A DNA stretch of 64,000 bases. Source: Promethearchaeota archaeon (GTDB taxonomy: Archaea; Asgardarchaeota; Lokiarchaeia; Sigyniarchaeales; SOKP01). How positions within the stretch are numbered: the stretch's first letter is position 1; the number at the start of each line of letters is the position of its first letter. Location: NCBI GenBank assembly GCA_048938855.1, contig JBHLLT010000001.1, forward strand, positions 448,124-512,123. Reading direction: 5' to 3'. Under the pieces are notes generated by a model. That model was not told where the DNA came from, made no database searches, and worked only from the letters and a program-made list of their open reading frames with translations. The translations under genes and the position numbers were made by a program. This document shows, one piece after another, positions 7,866-16,684 of the stretch.

Positions 7866-9827
7866 CTAACTATAAAAGCGCCTTTTATCAAAATTCCTAC
7901 TGTTTTTTTTTAGAGAGTCAATCTCTTCCAAATTTTCTTGTAAATCACCAATTTTTTTTTCAATTAAATAGATTTCTTTTTGAAGGTTTTTAAAAGTTTT
8001 AAAATAATCTACTTCAGAAATTATTCCTTGATCGAATTTATTGTCGAGTTTTTTCAACGTTTCTTTTAAACTATATCGTTCTTTATCTAATTCGAGCATT
8101 TTTTTATGTTTTTCTTTATCAATTTTAAACAACTTCCGTTTATATCTATAAGAATTATCTCGTGGAATATAATCCGAATCAAACAAGTCAGTTAAATGAT
8201 TCCTATTATAATCTTGAAACACAGCTTGGTTATCTAGGAAATTACCATCTTTCTCATTAAAATCTTCTATAAATTGGTTCTGATAATGTGGATTTAAGTT
8301 ATTATTAACATTTATTCTTTGGGCTCCATAATTTTGATACTGATTTGGATTTTGTAGGTTTTGAGAGAAGAAATTATTGTCATTATGATTTGGCATTTGA
8401 GAATTAAAGTTAAAGGGAGGATTTTGGTTAGGATTAGGACGATCATGGGAGACTCTATTAATTCGCTGATATATATTCGAAGCTCCCGGAAAATTTAGCC
8501 ATGGTTGAGCACTATTTTGGGGATTTTGAAACTGAGCAGGTGTTCGAGATGCAATGTTTGCTATTTGGTTGGGATGAACACCAAAAGGATAAGTTAAGTC
8601 TTTATTTGGACTATAAAAATTTTCAAAGTTTTTATTATATTGACATTTTATACTAAAAAATGAGTTAATACTCTCTTCAATGAAATTTGTTAAATCATTT
8701 AAATCTAATTCAATATATTGTAGTTTTTTTGCTGATTTTTCATCATATATAGTAGTCTCATCGAAAGATCTTGCCAAAAGGATATATTCAATCACTCGTG
8801 AAACCGCCTTAGAGGGTAATGTAAATTCATATTTCCCATAGTCGAATTCAATATAAAGCTTTTTGAAGACTTTACCTTTTTCTTTAATTCTTGTTAAATC
8901 TTGAACAGGAGCTTTAAAAATTAATTCGATTTTATTTTTCTTTACACCATATTTATGTATAAATGAAAGATCAAAATTTGTTATGAATAAGATACCTTTA
9001 TCTTTCTTGTATTTGTCATGCGTATTTAATCCATTTGTCAATTTAGCATAAATTGCATATACAGGTTTTTCCCCCTCAGCAAGGTGAAGTATTTTATTGT
9101 AACTTTCAAAGTAATGTTTAACTTTATCTATAAAACTTAAATTTTTTTCAAATGTATCAAAACCATCATTAAATGTTTCTAAATTATTTTTTATAAATTC
9201 ATCAATTAAATTGAAACTACGGGATAAATTTTCAAAAAGCCCCTCAATGATATTTATATTTGAGTTTGGTTGGGCATAAATATCAAAAAAATATTCTTTA
9301 TTTTGATTTACTTGATGAAATTGAACATTAACCTTTTCAAATAAAGTATTTTGAAGATAATTAAATAATTTAAAAAATGCTAATAAATCTGATTCCATTT
9401 GGGGAAAATGGTAATATTTATTAGGAGGATCTCTCACTTCCTTTATTTTAGATTGATAAAGATACAATTTATCAAGAATTTGTTTCAATGGATCGATGAA
9501 TGAGCGTGTTTTTTTAATTAATTCTAAGAAATTCTTTTCTAAATCTTCTTTTTTTTCATAGATATTTATAATTTGATGTGAATCACATTTTGGACAGGAT
9601 TTTAAGCGCTGATTGACTTTAACAACATTTTCTGCTCCACATTCCTTACAAACTTTCTTACTTTCAGAATTTAGCATATCTATATTTTTCGATTTGCACA
9701 CTTGACAAATATAGAAATCCACTTTTTTTTCATGAAGACATTCCGGACAACAACTGGATCCACATTCTTCACAATAATAAGCTAACTTCACATATCTGTG
9801 ACAAAATCTACATACTTGTTCTGTCAT
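7866..9827 (-). CDS. Multidomain protein: Cys-rich Zn finger(s), coiled coil, GRAM/PH-like domain, N/Q/P-rich region, C-terminal steadiness-box/SHOCT-like hairpin
   Basis: Long ORF (ATG at 9827; the track extends it to TTG at 9845); six CxxC pairs; KGILFITNFDLSFI; GIISEVDYFK hairpin. Confidence 0.7.
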   Translation of the reverse strand: MTEQVCRFCHRYVKLAYYCEECGSSCCPECLHEKKVDFYICQVCKSKNIDMLNSESKKVCKECGAENVVKVNQRLKSCPKCDSHQIINIYEKKEDLEKNFLELIKKTRSFIDPLKQILDKLYLYQSKIKEVRDPPNKYYHFPQMESDLLAFFKLFNYLQNTLFEKVNVQFHQVNQNKEYFFDIYAQPNSNINIIEGLFENLSRSFNLIDEFIKNNLETFNDGFDTFEKNLSFIDKVKHYFESYNKILHLAEGEKPVYAIYAKLTNGLNTHDKYKKDKGILFITNFDLSFIHKYGVKKNKIELIFKAPVQDLTRIKEKGKVFKKLYIEFDYGKYEFTLPSKAVSRVIEYILLARSFDETTIYDEKSAKKLQYIELDLNDLTNFIEESINSFFSIKCQYNKNFENFYSPNKDLTYPFGVHPNQIANIASRTPAQFQNPQNSAQPWLNFPGASNIYQRINRVSHDRPNPNQNPPFNFNSQMPNHNDNNFFSQNLQNPNQYQNYGAQRINVNNNLNPHYQNQFIEDFNEKDGNFLDNQAVFQDYNRNHLTDLFDSDYIPRDNSYRYKRKLFKIDKEKHKKMLELDKERYSLKETLKKLDNKFDQGIISEVDYFKTFKNLQKEIYLIEKKIGDLQENLEEIDSLKKNSRNFDKRRFYS

Positions 9828-9850
9828 GTTAATGCTAAAACCCAACCAAA

Positions 9851-9869
9851 AAAGGTAAAATTTACCTTT
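9851..9869. promoter_or_regulatory. 9-1-9 inverted repeat (operator or terminator hairpin)
   Basis: AAAGGTAAA-A-TTTACCTTT; on the minus strand it runs into a T-tract, between rpl35ae and the next gene. Confidence 0.35.
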
Positions 9870-9986
9870 AAAATCGTTATATCAGAAGAATAAGAAATTC
9901 CAAAACATAAAAAAAGTTATAATATTCTAGTATCATGTAATATCCGGATATAATAAAGTGGAGAAATTTATAGAAAAATAAGGATG

Positions 9987-10280
9987 CTATTTTATGATTT
10001 TAACCTTTTTTCCTAAGGCTTGACCAGGAACTCCCGCTTTTTTAAAGTGGGCTCTCACAGCACCATTATTTCCATGAGCTCGAGTTATTAGTCCTCTCAA
10101 TTCTTTACCTGTAGAAGAATTCCAAACAACGGTTCTACCGATTAGTTTATTTGCTTCTTTTCTAGTTTTTATATTAGAAAATACAATAATACAGTGTTTC
10201 TGGTGAACTGTATGGCGTCCACGCTTATAATTTGAAATTACACCTTCCATGCCTAAAATATTCAATTTGTTTAAAGACAT
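9987..10280 (-). CDS. rpl35ae: 50S ribosomal protein L35Ae
   Basis: NYKRG, LIGRTVVW, GLITRAHGNNGAVRAHF, PGQALG. Confidence 0.95.
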   Translation of the reverse strand: MSLNKLNILGMEGVISNYKRGRHTVHQKHCIIVFSNIKTRKEANKLIGRTVVWNSSTGKELRGLITRAHGNNGAVRAHFKKAGVPGQALGKKVKIIK

Positions 10281-10438
10281 TATTGATCCCTAGGTGCTTA
10301 TGTGAGAATATAAATTAATATCAAAAATAATCCAAAACTATTAAGTTTTTTTGATTATAAGAATTTCTTTAAAAATTATTTGAATTAATCAATTATTCTT
10401 ACGAACCAATTATACATATGAATATTTCAAAAATGTTA

Positions 10439-11605
10439 TTAATTTAATAACTCATAAGACTTATTCCACGCTTCTAAATTTAACTCTTTAATATTTTCAT
10501 TGAATTGCGTTTCGGAAATTTCATCACCTACCTTTATCAAATCCTCAACTCTAGTAAGAATCGAGTTCTCAACAGTTTTGAGTTTAATTTTCTTATTCAC
10601 TGGTTTAGATTTTGTATGTTTCCACCAGAACCATTCAGAGTTTATTTCCTGATAAGGTCCTGGAACATAATATTTTTGGCCTTCAATAGGAAAACTATAA
10701 GGTTTATAAACACTAATACATGGAAGAGAAGTGCCAGTTAACCAGTGGATAGATTTTCTTTTGCTTATTAAATGAGAAATTTGAGAACCAGTTGATTCAA
10801 AACCACCATGCATACAAATACCTGCTTCATGATCTCTTAAAATTTCCATCATTAAGCTTGATGTGATTTTACCCTTATTCTCATTTAATAGTAATGTTGA
10901 TCTTCCTCCTCTTGAGTAAGGTGAAGAGATAGTAGAAATTGACAGTCCGGAAAAAGTCTCTGCAAAATCGAAATCATTATCATTTTTACAGTAATTTTTA
11001 TCAATTGCATGTTGAATTATTCCTTTCTTTCTGAGGTCTCCCTTGCCTCTAATTGTCAGGCTGTTTGAGATTGAACGTACATTTTTAACTTTTTCAATAA
11101 TCCACCATTTATCAGCAGTCTCTAAAACATATGCTTCTTTTGGATCTGCAATTATAAATGAATTATGATACATCCAACTTGGATCATGATACGCGCAACC
11201 TCCTCCTTGTCCATATGTTTCTAATAAACTGATAATAATATTCATTGCATCTTTCGCTGTTTTTCCTCTCTCAAGACCCAACCTCAATAAATCCATTCCC
11301 AATAATCCAGTATTTCTTAGTGGTTCATGCGTATTTACAGCTTCATTTCCAATTACAACCCCAAACTCATTTATACCCATTTCTGCTCCCCACATCCAAT
11401 AGGGTTGACTCATTAAAATGGCATAGCTCTCAGAAACTTGGTTGATTTCTAAATATGTACATTTCAAAGTATCTCCTTTATTATAGTTAATTCTAGGAGA
11501 ATATGTAATTAATTGTACTTCATTAAAAGGTCTATCCGAATTTTTACCAAATATAACACTCCCATCTTGAGTTGAGTTACCAAGGGCAATTAAAGTATCA
11601 CACAT
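10439..11605 (-). CDS. Peptidase C69/secernin-like Ntn hydrolase (paralogue 2)
   Basis: N-terminal MCDT nucleophile, FGKNSDR, WMWGAEMGINE, GMDLLRLGLER. Confidence 0.92.
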   Translation of the reverse strand: MCDTLIALGNSTQDGSVIFGKNSDRPFNEVQLITYSPRINYNKGDTLKCTYLEINQVSESYAILMSQPYWMWGAEMGINEFGVVIGNEAVNTHEPLRNTGLLGMDLLRLGLERGKTAKDAMNIIISLLETYGQGGGCAYHDPSWMYHNSFIIADPKEAYVLETADKWWIIEKVKNVRSISNSLTIRGKGDLRKKGIIQHAIDKNYCKNDNDFDFAETFSGLSISTISSPYSRGGRSTLLLNENKGKITSSLMMEILRDHEAGICMHGGFESTGSQISHLISKRKSIHWLTGTSLPCISVYKPYSFPIEGQKYYVPGPYQEINSEWFWWKHTKSKPVNKKIKLKTVENSILTRVEDLIKVGDEISETQFNENIKELNLEAWNKSYELLN

Positions 11606-12811
11606 TTATTTAATTAATTCCTCAGATTTTTCCCATCCATAACTATTTACTTTTTTAATCAATTCTATAAATTCAAGGTCTGAAATATTTTCTTCTTTAC
11701 TAATTATATCATCTATTTGGTCGATCAAATCGTTTTCTACAGCTCTTAGTTTTCCATAATACTCATTTCGCTCAGGAATATCTCTTTTTGGTCGTTTCTT
11801 GTAGAAATTAATAAAATCAAAATGTCTAAACCAAAACCAAATAGGATCTATAGAAGAATAAGGTTTTGATACCATAACTTTTTGTGCATCTGCAGGAAAA
11901 ACATATGGTTTGTAAATGCTTAGACATGGAATAGTGCTTCCTGTAAACCAATGAATTGATTTCTTGTTATCTTTTCTTAAAAGCGAGACTTGAGAACCTA
12001 CTGATTGGTCTTTTCTAAGGTGTCTACATATTTCAACCTCATGATCTCTCAAAAAATTCATCATCTTAGGAACTGTGATCGTTCCCTTATTTGATGATAA
12101 TTGATGTAATGAAAAACCATCTCTATCAGTTATTGGAAACTGTTCCGGAAGGGGAACACGAGAAAAGGTCATTTTAAAATCAAAATCATTGTCATCTTTA
12201 CAATATCCCTTTTCAATAGCGTGCTGGATAATTCCTTTCCTTCTCATATCGCCTTTAAATCTTACGGATATATGATTAGAAATTGAACGAAAATCTCTAA
12301 CAATTTCTGCAATCCACCAATCCCCTGCAGTTTCTAGAACATAAGCTTCAGTTGGATCTGCTATGAGATATGAATTATGATAGTTATACTGTGTTAAACT
12401 ATGAGAACCACCTTGTCCATAATTTTCTAATAAATCAATAATAACCTTTAAAGCTTCTTTTGCGGTTTTTCCTCTTTCAAGTCCTAATCTCAGAAGATCC
12501 ATACCAGTAAGCCCAATATCTTTTAAAGGTTCTCTTGTTTGTATAGACTCATTACCAATAACTACATTATATTCGTTTGCACCCATCTCTGCCCCCCACA
12601 TCCAATAAGGTTGACTTAAAATAACAGCAGCAGATTCTTTTACGTGGGGAATTGAAATATGAGTACATCTTACTTCGTCACCATGAGAATAAGTTTTCCG
12701 CGGAGTATAAGTTATTAACTGGACTTCCGATTCATTTCTATCACTGTTTTTTCCAAATATAACATTCTGATTTTTAGACCAATTACTTAAACTTACGTAA
12801 GTGTCACACAT
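11606..12811 (-). CDS. Peptidase C69/secernin-like Ntn hydrolase (paralogue 1)
   Basis: MCDT, FGKNSDR, WMWGAEMGANE; stop codon directly abuts the next ATG. Confidence 0.92.
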   Translation of the reverse strand: MCDTYVSLSNWSKNQNVIFGKNSDRNESEVQLITYTPRKTYSHGDEVRCTHISIPHVKESAAVILSQPYWMWGAEMGANEYNVVIGNESIQTREPLKDIGLTGMDLLRLGLERGKTAKEALKVIIDLLENYGQGGSHSLTQYNYHNSYLIADPTEAYVLETAGDWWIAEIVRDFRSISNHISVRFKGDMRRKGIIQHAIEKGYCKDDNDFDFKMTFSRVPLPEQFPITDRDGFSLHQLSSNKGTITVPKMMNFLRDHEVEICRHLRKDQSVGSQVSLLRKDNKKSIHWFTGSTIPCLSIYKPYVFPADAQKVMVSKPYSSIDPIWFWFRHFDFINFYKKRPKRDIPERNEYYGKLRAVENDLIDQIDDIISKEENISDLEFIELIKKVNSYGWEKSEELIK

Positions 12812-12887
12812 AATAGCTAATCCTTTTTAATGAATTAATTTATTACTAAATTCTATTTAAATGTATTTTTTATACAATAAATGGTTT

Positions 12888-13274
12888 TTATAGTACAGCG
12901 ATGGCATCAATCTCAATTAATCCATTTGGAAGTGGACAAGTCGCTTCAACTGTGCTTCTTGCAGGGAAGTTTTTGGATACACCATTTTTTTCAAAAAATT
13001 CTCTATATGCTTCGTTCATCTCCTTAAAATCAGATATTTTTTTCAAATAGACCGTGACTTTTACTATATTGGAGATACTAGCGCTTACGGTTTCTAATAC
13101 TTTTTTAATCTTTTCAAATGCAGCGAATGTTTGTTCTTTTATATCTCTTGTTTCTGGGGCAGCAACTTGTCCAGAAATGAAAAGAAGATTCCCCGCCTTT
13201 ATACCAAGATTATATGGCCCGGCTACAGGTGTACCAGAATCTACAATTTCAATATTTACCATTTTGTTTATCAC
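12888..13274 (-). CDS. RidA/YjgF/UK114 family imine deaminase
   Basis: GPY, LFISGQ, VKVTVYL, FPARSTV, IEIDAIA. Confidence 0.92.
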   Translation of the reverse strand: MINKMVNIEIVDSGTPVAGPYNLGIKAGNLLFISGQVAAPETRDIKEQTFAAFEKIKKVLETVSASISNIVKVTVYLKKISDFKEMNEAYREFFEKNGVSKNFPARSTVEATCPLPNGLIEIDAIAVL

Positions 13275-13503
13275 TCAAAAATTTTATATTATACTTTTTG
13301 ATTGTTTCATATTTATAATGATAATTACGATCAACCCTTTGTTATTAAATTTATTTTTTGTCGTATTTGAGTCATACAAATCCAATTTTAATTAAGTTTT
13401 AATAAAATTCATTTTTTAACGAATTAGACTTAATTATATTTAACACAGTACATGATTTTTTGGTTTTAGACCACTAAATGCGTCGTAAAAAGATTGAGAT
13501 ATC

Positions 13504-15291
13504 TTGAATGAAAAAAAAGATAATGTTTGGGTATTTACTTTTGAATACGCGGGAATTGTTAAAGTAGGTGGGCTTGGAGAAGTACCTGCAAATCAAGTTA
13601 AACATTTAGCTAATGATTATGATATCACAGTATTTATTCCCTCACATGGTCTATTACAAAAGCTTGAAAAGTCTTTTAAGTGGGAAAAATTACCTTTCAA
13701 CTGCGTAGGGCAAGTTAATTCTTCTCAATTTGGAATAAATGAACCAGAAATGACATATAATATTGCTTTCTATAGAACTATAATAAATAATGTAAAAGTC
13801 GTTTTATTACACGGTGAAAATCCATTTACTAATAGGTTTTTAGATGATATAATTGTATATAACCCTGATACACTTAGTGGAAAAATCTGTCTTTTTAGTA
13901 TAGGAATGTGTTGTTATATTGAGTATTTAATTGATGAACATAAAGAATTTCTACCAGATATAATTCATATCCACGATTATCATGCTGTTATTCCTTTTAT
14001 TGGAATGAAACAAAAATTAGCTAAAAATGGATTAGATGTAGCTTCAATTATAACAATCCATTTATTAACTTGGCCAAGACATGGGATAGATTTTTATAGA
14101 ATATGTGGAATAGACCAGACTTCAATTTCAGTTAATCTAAAAGAGGGTATTAAATTGTTAAGCTTTTCTGAGATATTTTCAATTTGCGAGAGAATTAGCG
14201 GGGTGTATCAACCCCCAACTATAGAACAAATAGGTGCATTTGTCAGTGATTTAGTCACAACTGTAAGTCAATCATATTTAAAATCAGATATAATTCCTAA
14301 TTGTGGAAATGAGTTAATCGAATTCAAGTCTAATTTTGTTTGGGATGGTTGTGATTGGGATTATAATGAAATTTTACAACAAGTTCTAAAAAACCATGAA
14401 CAGGATATAAGAAAAGCCTTACAATTATCATATGATAAAGAACTAATCCAATCAGATATGAAGGAATATTTATTGACTTATAAATTATCTCATTTAGATA
14501 GGAGTCCCTTAATTCAATCAGAAAAAGTTCTAAAGGTTATAAATGAAATATCCAATGAGACTGTTTTCATTGAAAATGGATATATTAAAGCTTTTGAACA
14601 ATCTGGTCCTTTAGTAATTACCACTGGAAGAATATCCCCACAAAAAGGATTTGAGACTGTTTTTGAGTCAATTCCTAAAGTGATCAAAGTGATTCCAAAT
14701 GCGAAATTTTTATTCCTCATTTTGCCTACTGATTATAGTTTGAATGAAATTCGTAATTATACTCAATATGTTAAAAAATATCCTAATAATGTGAGAATTA
14801 TTTTTGGTGTAGCAAAAGATATATTTCATTTAGCACATATTGCTTCAGATGTTTATTGTGCTTTATCGAGATGGGAACCATTTGGTATTATTGCTTTAGA
14901 AGCTATGTCTACAAAACTTCCTGTGATTGCAACAAAGGTAGGAGGATTTCAAGAATCGATTATTGATATTAGAAATTTTCCAGAAATAGGGACAGGAATT
15001 CTAATTGATAAAGATAATCCCTCTCAATTTGCTAATGCACTAATATCTCTTTTTAAATTAAAGGAGATCTCTGAGAACGTTAAAGATAAGGATTCTATAT
15101 ATGAAACTGAAAATTTTCAGTTGGTTAATCAGATTCCCGATAAAATACTTGAATCTTTGGTATTATTAGATCCTCAATTTTTCAATAAAATTAAAGAGAA
15201 TTGTTATAAAAGGGTGGAACAAAATTTTAGATGGAGTATTGTCTCAAAGAAATTAATTGAATTATATAATCTTATAAAAAGTCTTCGTTAA
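13504..15291 (+). CDS. glgA: Glycogen/starch synthase (GT5)
   Basis: KVGGLG, IHIHDYH, GRISPQKG, SRWEPFGIIALEAM. Confidence 0.88.
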   Translation: MNEKKDNVWVFTFEYAGIVKVGGLGEVPANQVKHLANDYDITVFIPSHGLLQKLEKSFKWEKLPFNCVGQVNSSQFGINEPEMTYNIAFYRTIINNVKVVLLHGENPFTNRFLDDIIVYNPDTLSGKICLFSIGMCCYIEYLIDEHKEFLPDIIHIHDYHAVIPFIGMKQKLAKNGLDVASIITIHLLTWPRHGIDFYRICGIDQTSISVNLKEGIKLLSFSEIFSICERISGVYQPPTIEQIGAFVSDLVTTVSQSYLKSDIIPNCGNELIEFKSNFVWDGCDWDYNEILQQVLKNHEQDIRKALQLSYDKELIQSDMKEYLLTYKLSHLDRSPLIQSEKVLKVINEISNETVFIENGYIKAFEQSGPLVITTGRISPQKGFETVFESIPKVIKVIPNAKFLFLILPTDYSLNEIRNYTQYVKKYPNNVRIIFGVAKDIFHLAHIASDVYCALSRWEPFGIIALEAMSTKLPVIATKVGGFQESIIDIRNFPEIGTGILIDKDNPSQFANALISLFKLKEISENVKDKDSIYETENFQLVNQIPDKILESLVLLDPQFFNKIKENCYKRVEQNFRWSIVSKKLIELYNLIKSLR

Positions 15292-15315
15292 TTTAAAGAA
15301 ATAGGGGTCTAAATT

Positions 15316-16500
15316 CTGATTATATCAAAAAAGTCTGTAATTTTTATTTTAGTATCAGTTTTTATTTTAAATACAGCTACTATCATAGTTTATACATATG
15401 TACCAGCATATATTATCAATTTGGGAGTAAATAACTCTTCAATGCAATTAATTATTACGATTTTTCCCTTGACTGCTTTTGTATTTCCTCCATTGTATGG
15501 TTATCTATCTGATAAAATTCAAAAGAGATTTATATTCATAGTAATTGGAACAATTGGATTAAATATTACTCTTCTTATTTTATTTTTATTTCGAAATCTT
15601 ATCTTATTGGTTATTTTACTATTCTTTTTTGGATTTTTTCTGGCTTCATCAAGCTTATTACTAACTTTATTTGCTGAACTCGTAGAGAATGATAAAAAAC
15701 TAATTTCTTATTATAACGCAATAGTTGTGGCGGGTTGGTTTGTTGGAGCTCAATCTGGCGGTATATTTATTCATCTCTACAATATTGAGAATATTTTTTT
15801 ATTTATTTTGATTCTTTCATTACCAGCCATTATTTCCGTTGCTTTCATAAAAGAAAAAAGGTCTTTAATAATAGAAAGATACAACAACAAAAAAGACCAA
15901 GATATTAATAGTTTAATTTTTAATAATCCTAATATTGAAAATCCAATTTCTCAATCAATTTATTATAGCTTGTTTTTTAGGAATTTTAGTATAAAACCAA
16001 TTATGCCAATACTTATGTTAATTATGAGACCCCATTTAAACAATGATACAACAGCAGTTGGGTTTTTGATAGGGATAAATTTCTTATTACAATTTTTTCA
16101 AACTTTATTAATAGGCCATATAATTTCTATTAAAAATATTAAGCAATTTATGATAATTGGTTATGCATTAAGTGCTATATCTATTTTTGGATATATTATC
16201 TCAAATAATTTCTGGAGTTATTTATTTTTTCAATTATTGGTTTCTTTTAGTTATTCTACACATTGGACAGCCACTACTATATATATTGCCCAAAACACAA
16301 ATCCAAAAAACAAAGGGCGATATGTGGGATATGCTAACACTAGTGTGGCTTCCGGGAGTTTTTTTGGAGGTTTATTTTTCAGTCTCTTGTTGACTATTAA
16401 TCAAGATTTTTATATTTCTATGTATTTTTTACTCATATTTCCTATAATTTCTACAATTATTATTTTACTTAAATTTAAAGTTCCAGAAAAAATCAGGTAA
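15316..16500 (+). CDS. MFS transporter (paralogue 1), probable CTG start
   Basis: Motif A GYLSDKIQKR; about 12 TM once extended; the frame extends 35 codons upstream of the track start to CTG-ATT-ATA-TCA-AAA-AAG, matching the paralogue N-terminus MIISKKSV. Confidence 0.8.
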   Translation: MIISKKSVIFILVSVFILNTATIIVYTYVPAYIINLGVNNSSMQLIITIFPLTAFVFPPLYGYLSDKIQKRFIFIVIGTIGLNITLLILFLFRNLILLVILLFFFGFFLASSSLLLTLFAELVENDKKLISYYNAIVVAGWFVGAQSGGIFIHLYNIENIFLFILILSLPAIISVAFIKEKRSLIIERYNNKKDQDINSLIFNNPNIENPISQSIYYSLFFRNFSIKPIMPILMLIMRPHLNNDTTAVGFLIGINFLLQFFQTLLIGHIISIKNIKQFMIIGYALSAISIFGYIISNNFWSYLFFQLLVSFSYSTHWTATTIYIAQNTNPKNKGRYVGYANTSVASGSFFGGLFFSLLLTINQDFYISMYFLLIFPIISTIIILLKFKVPEKIR

Positions 16501-16501
16501 C

Positions 16502-16660
16502 ATTCCAAAAATCGAATAAGTTCTAGAGTCTTTAAGCATTATTAGATTCAAACTATTATAATAAAGTCAAAGAAAATTGCTATAAAAGAGTTGAAAATAA
16601 TTTTAGATGGAGCATTGTTTCTAAGAAATTAATCTAGTTATTATTAAAAATCTTCGAAAA
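16502..16660 (+). pseudogene. Decayed copy of the 3' end of glgA
   Basis: 16536-16637 reads ALLDSNYYNKVKENCYKRVENNFRWSIVSKKLI* versus GlgA VLLDPQFFNKIKENCYKRVEQNFRWSIVSKKLIE; a Glu codon is replaced by TAG, with indels on the flanks. Confidence 0.9.
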
Positions 16661-16684
16661 TCAAATTTATAAGGAGTTAATTAT

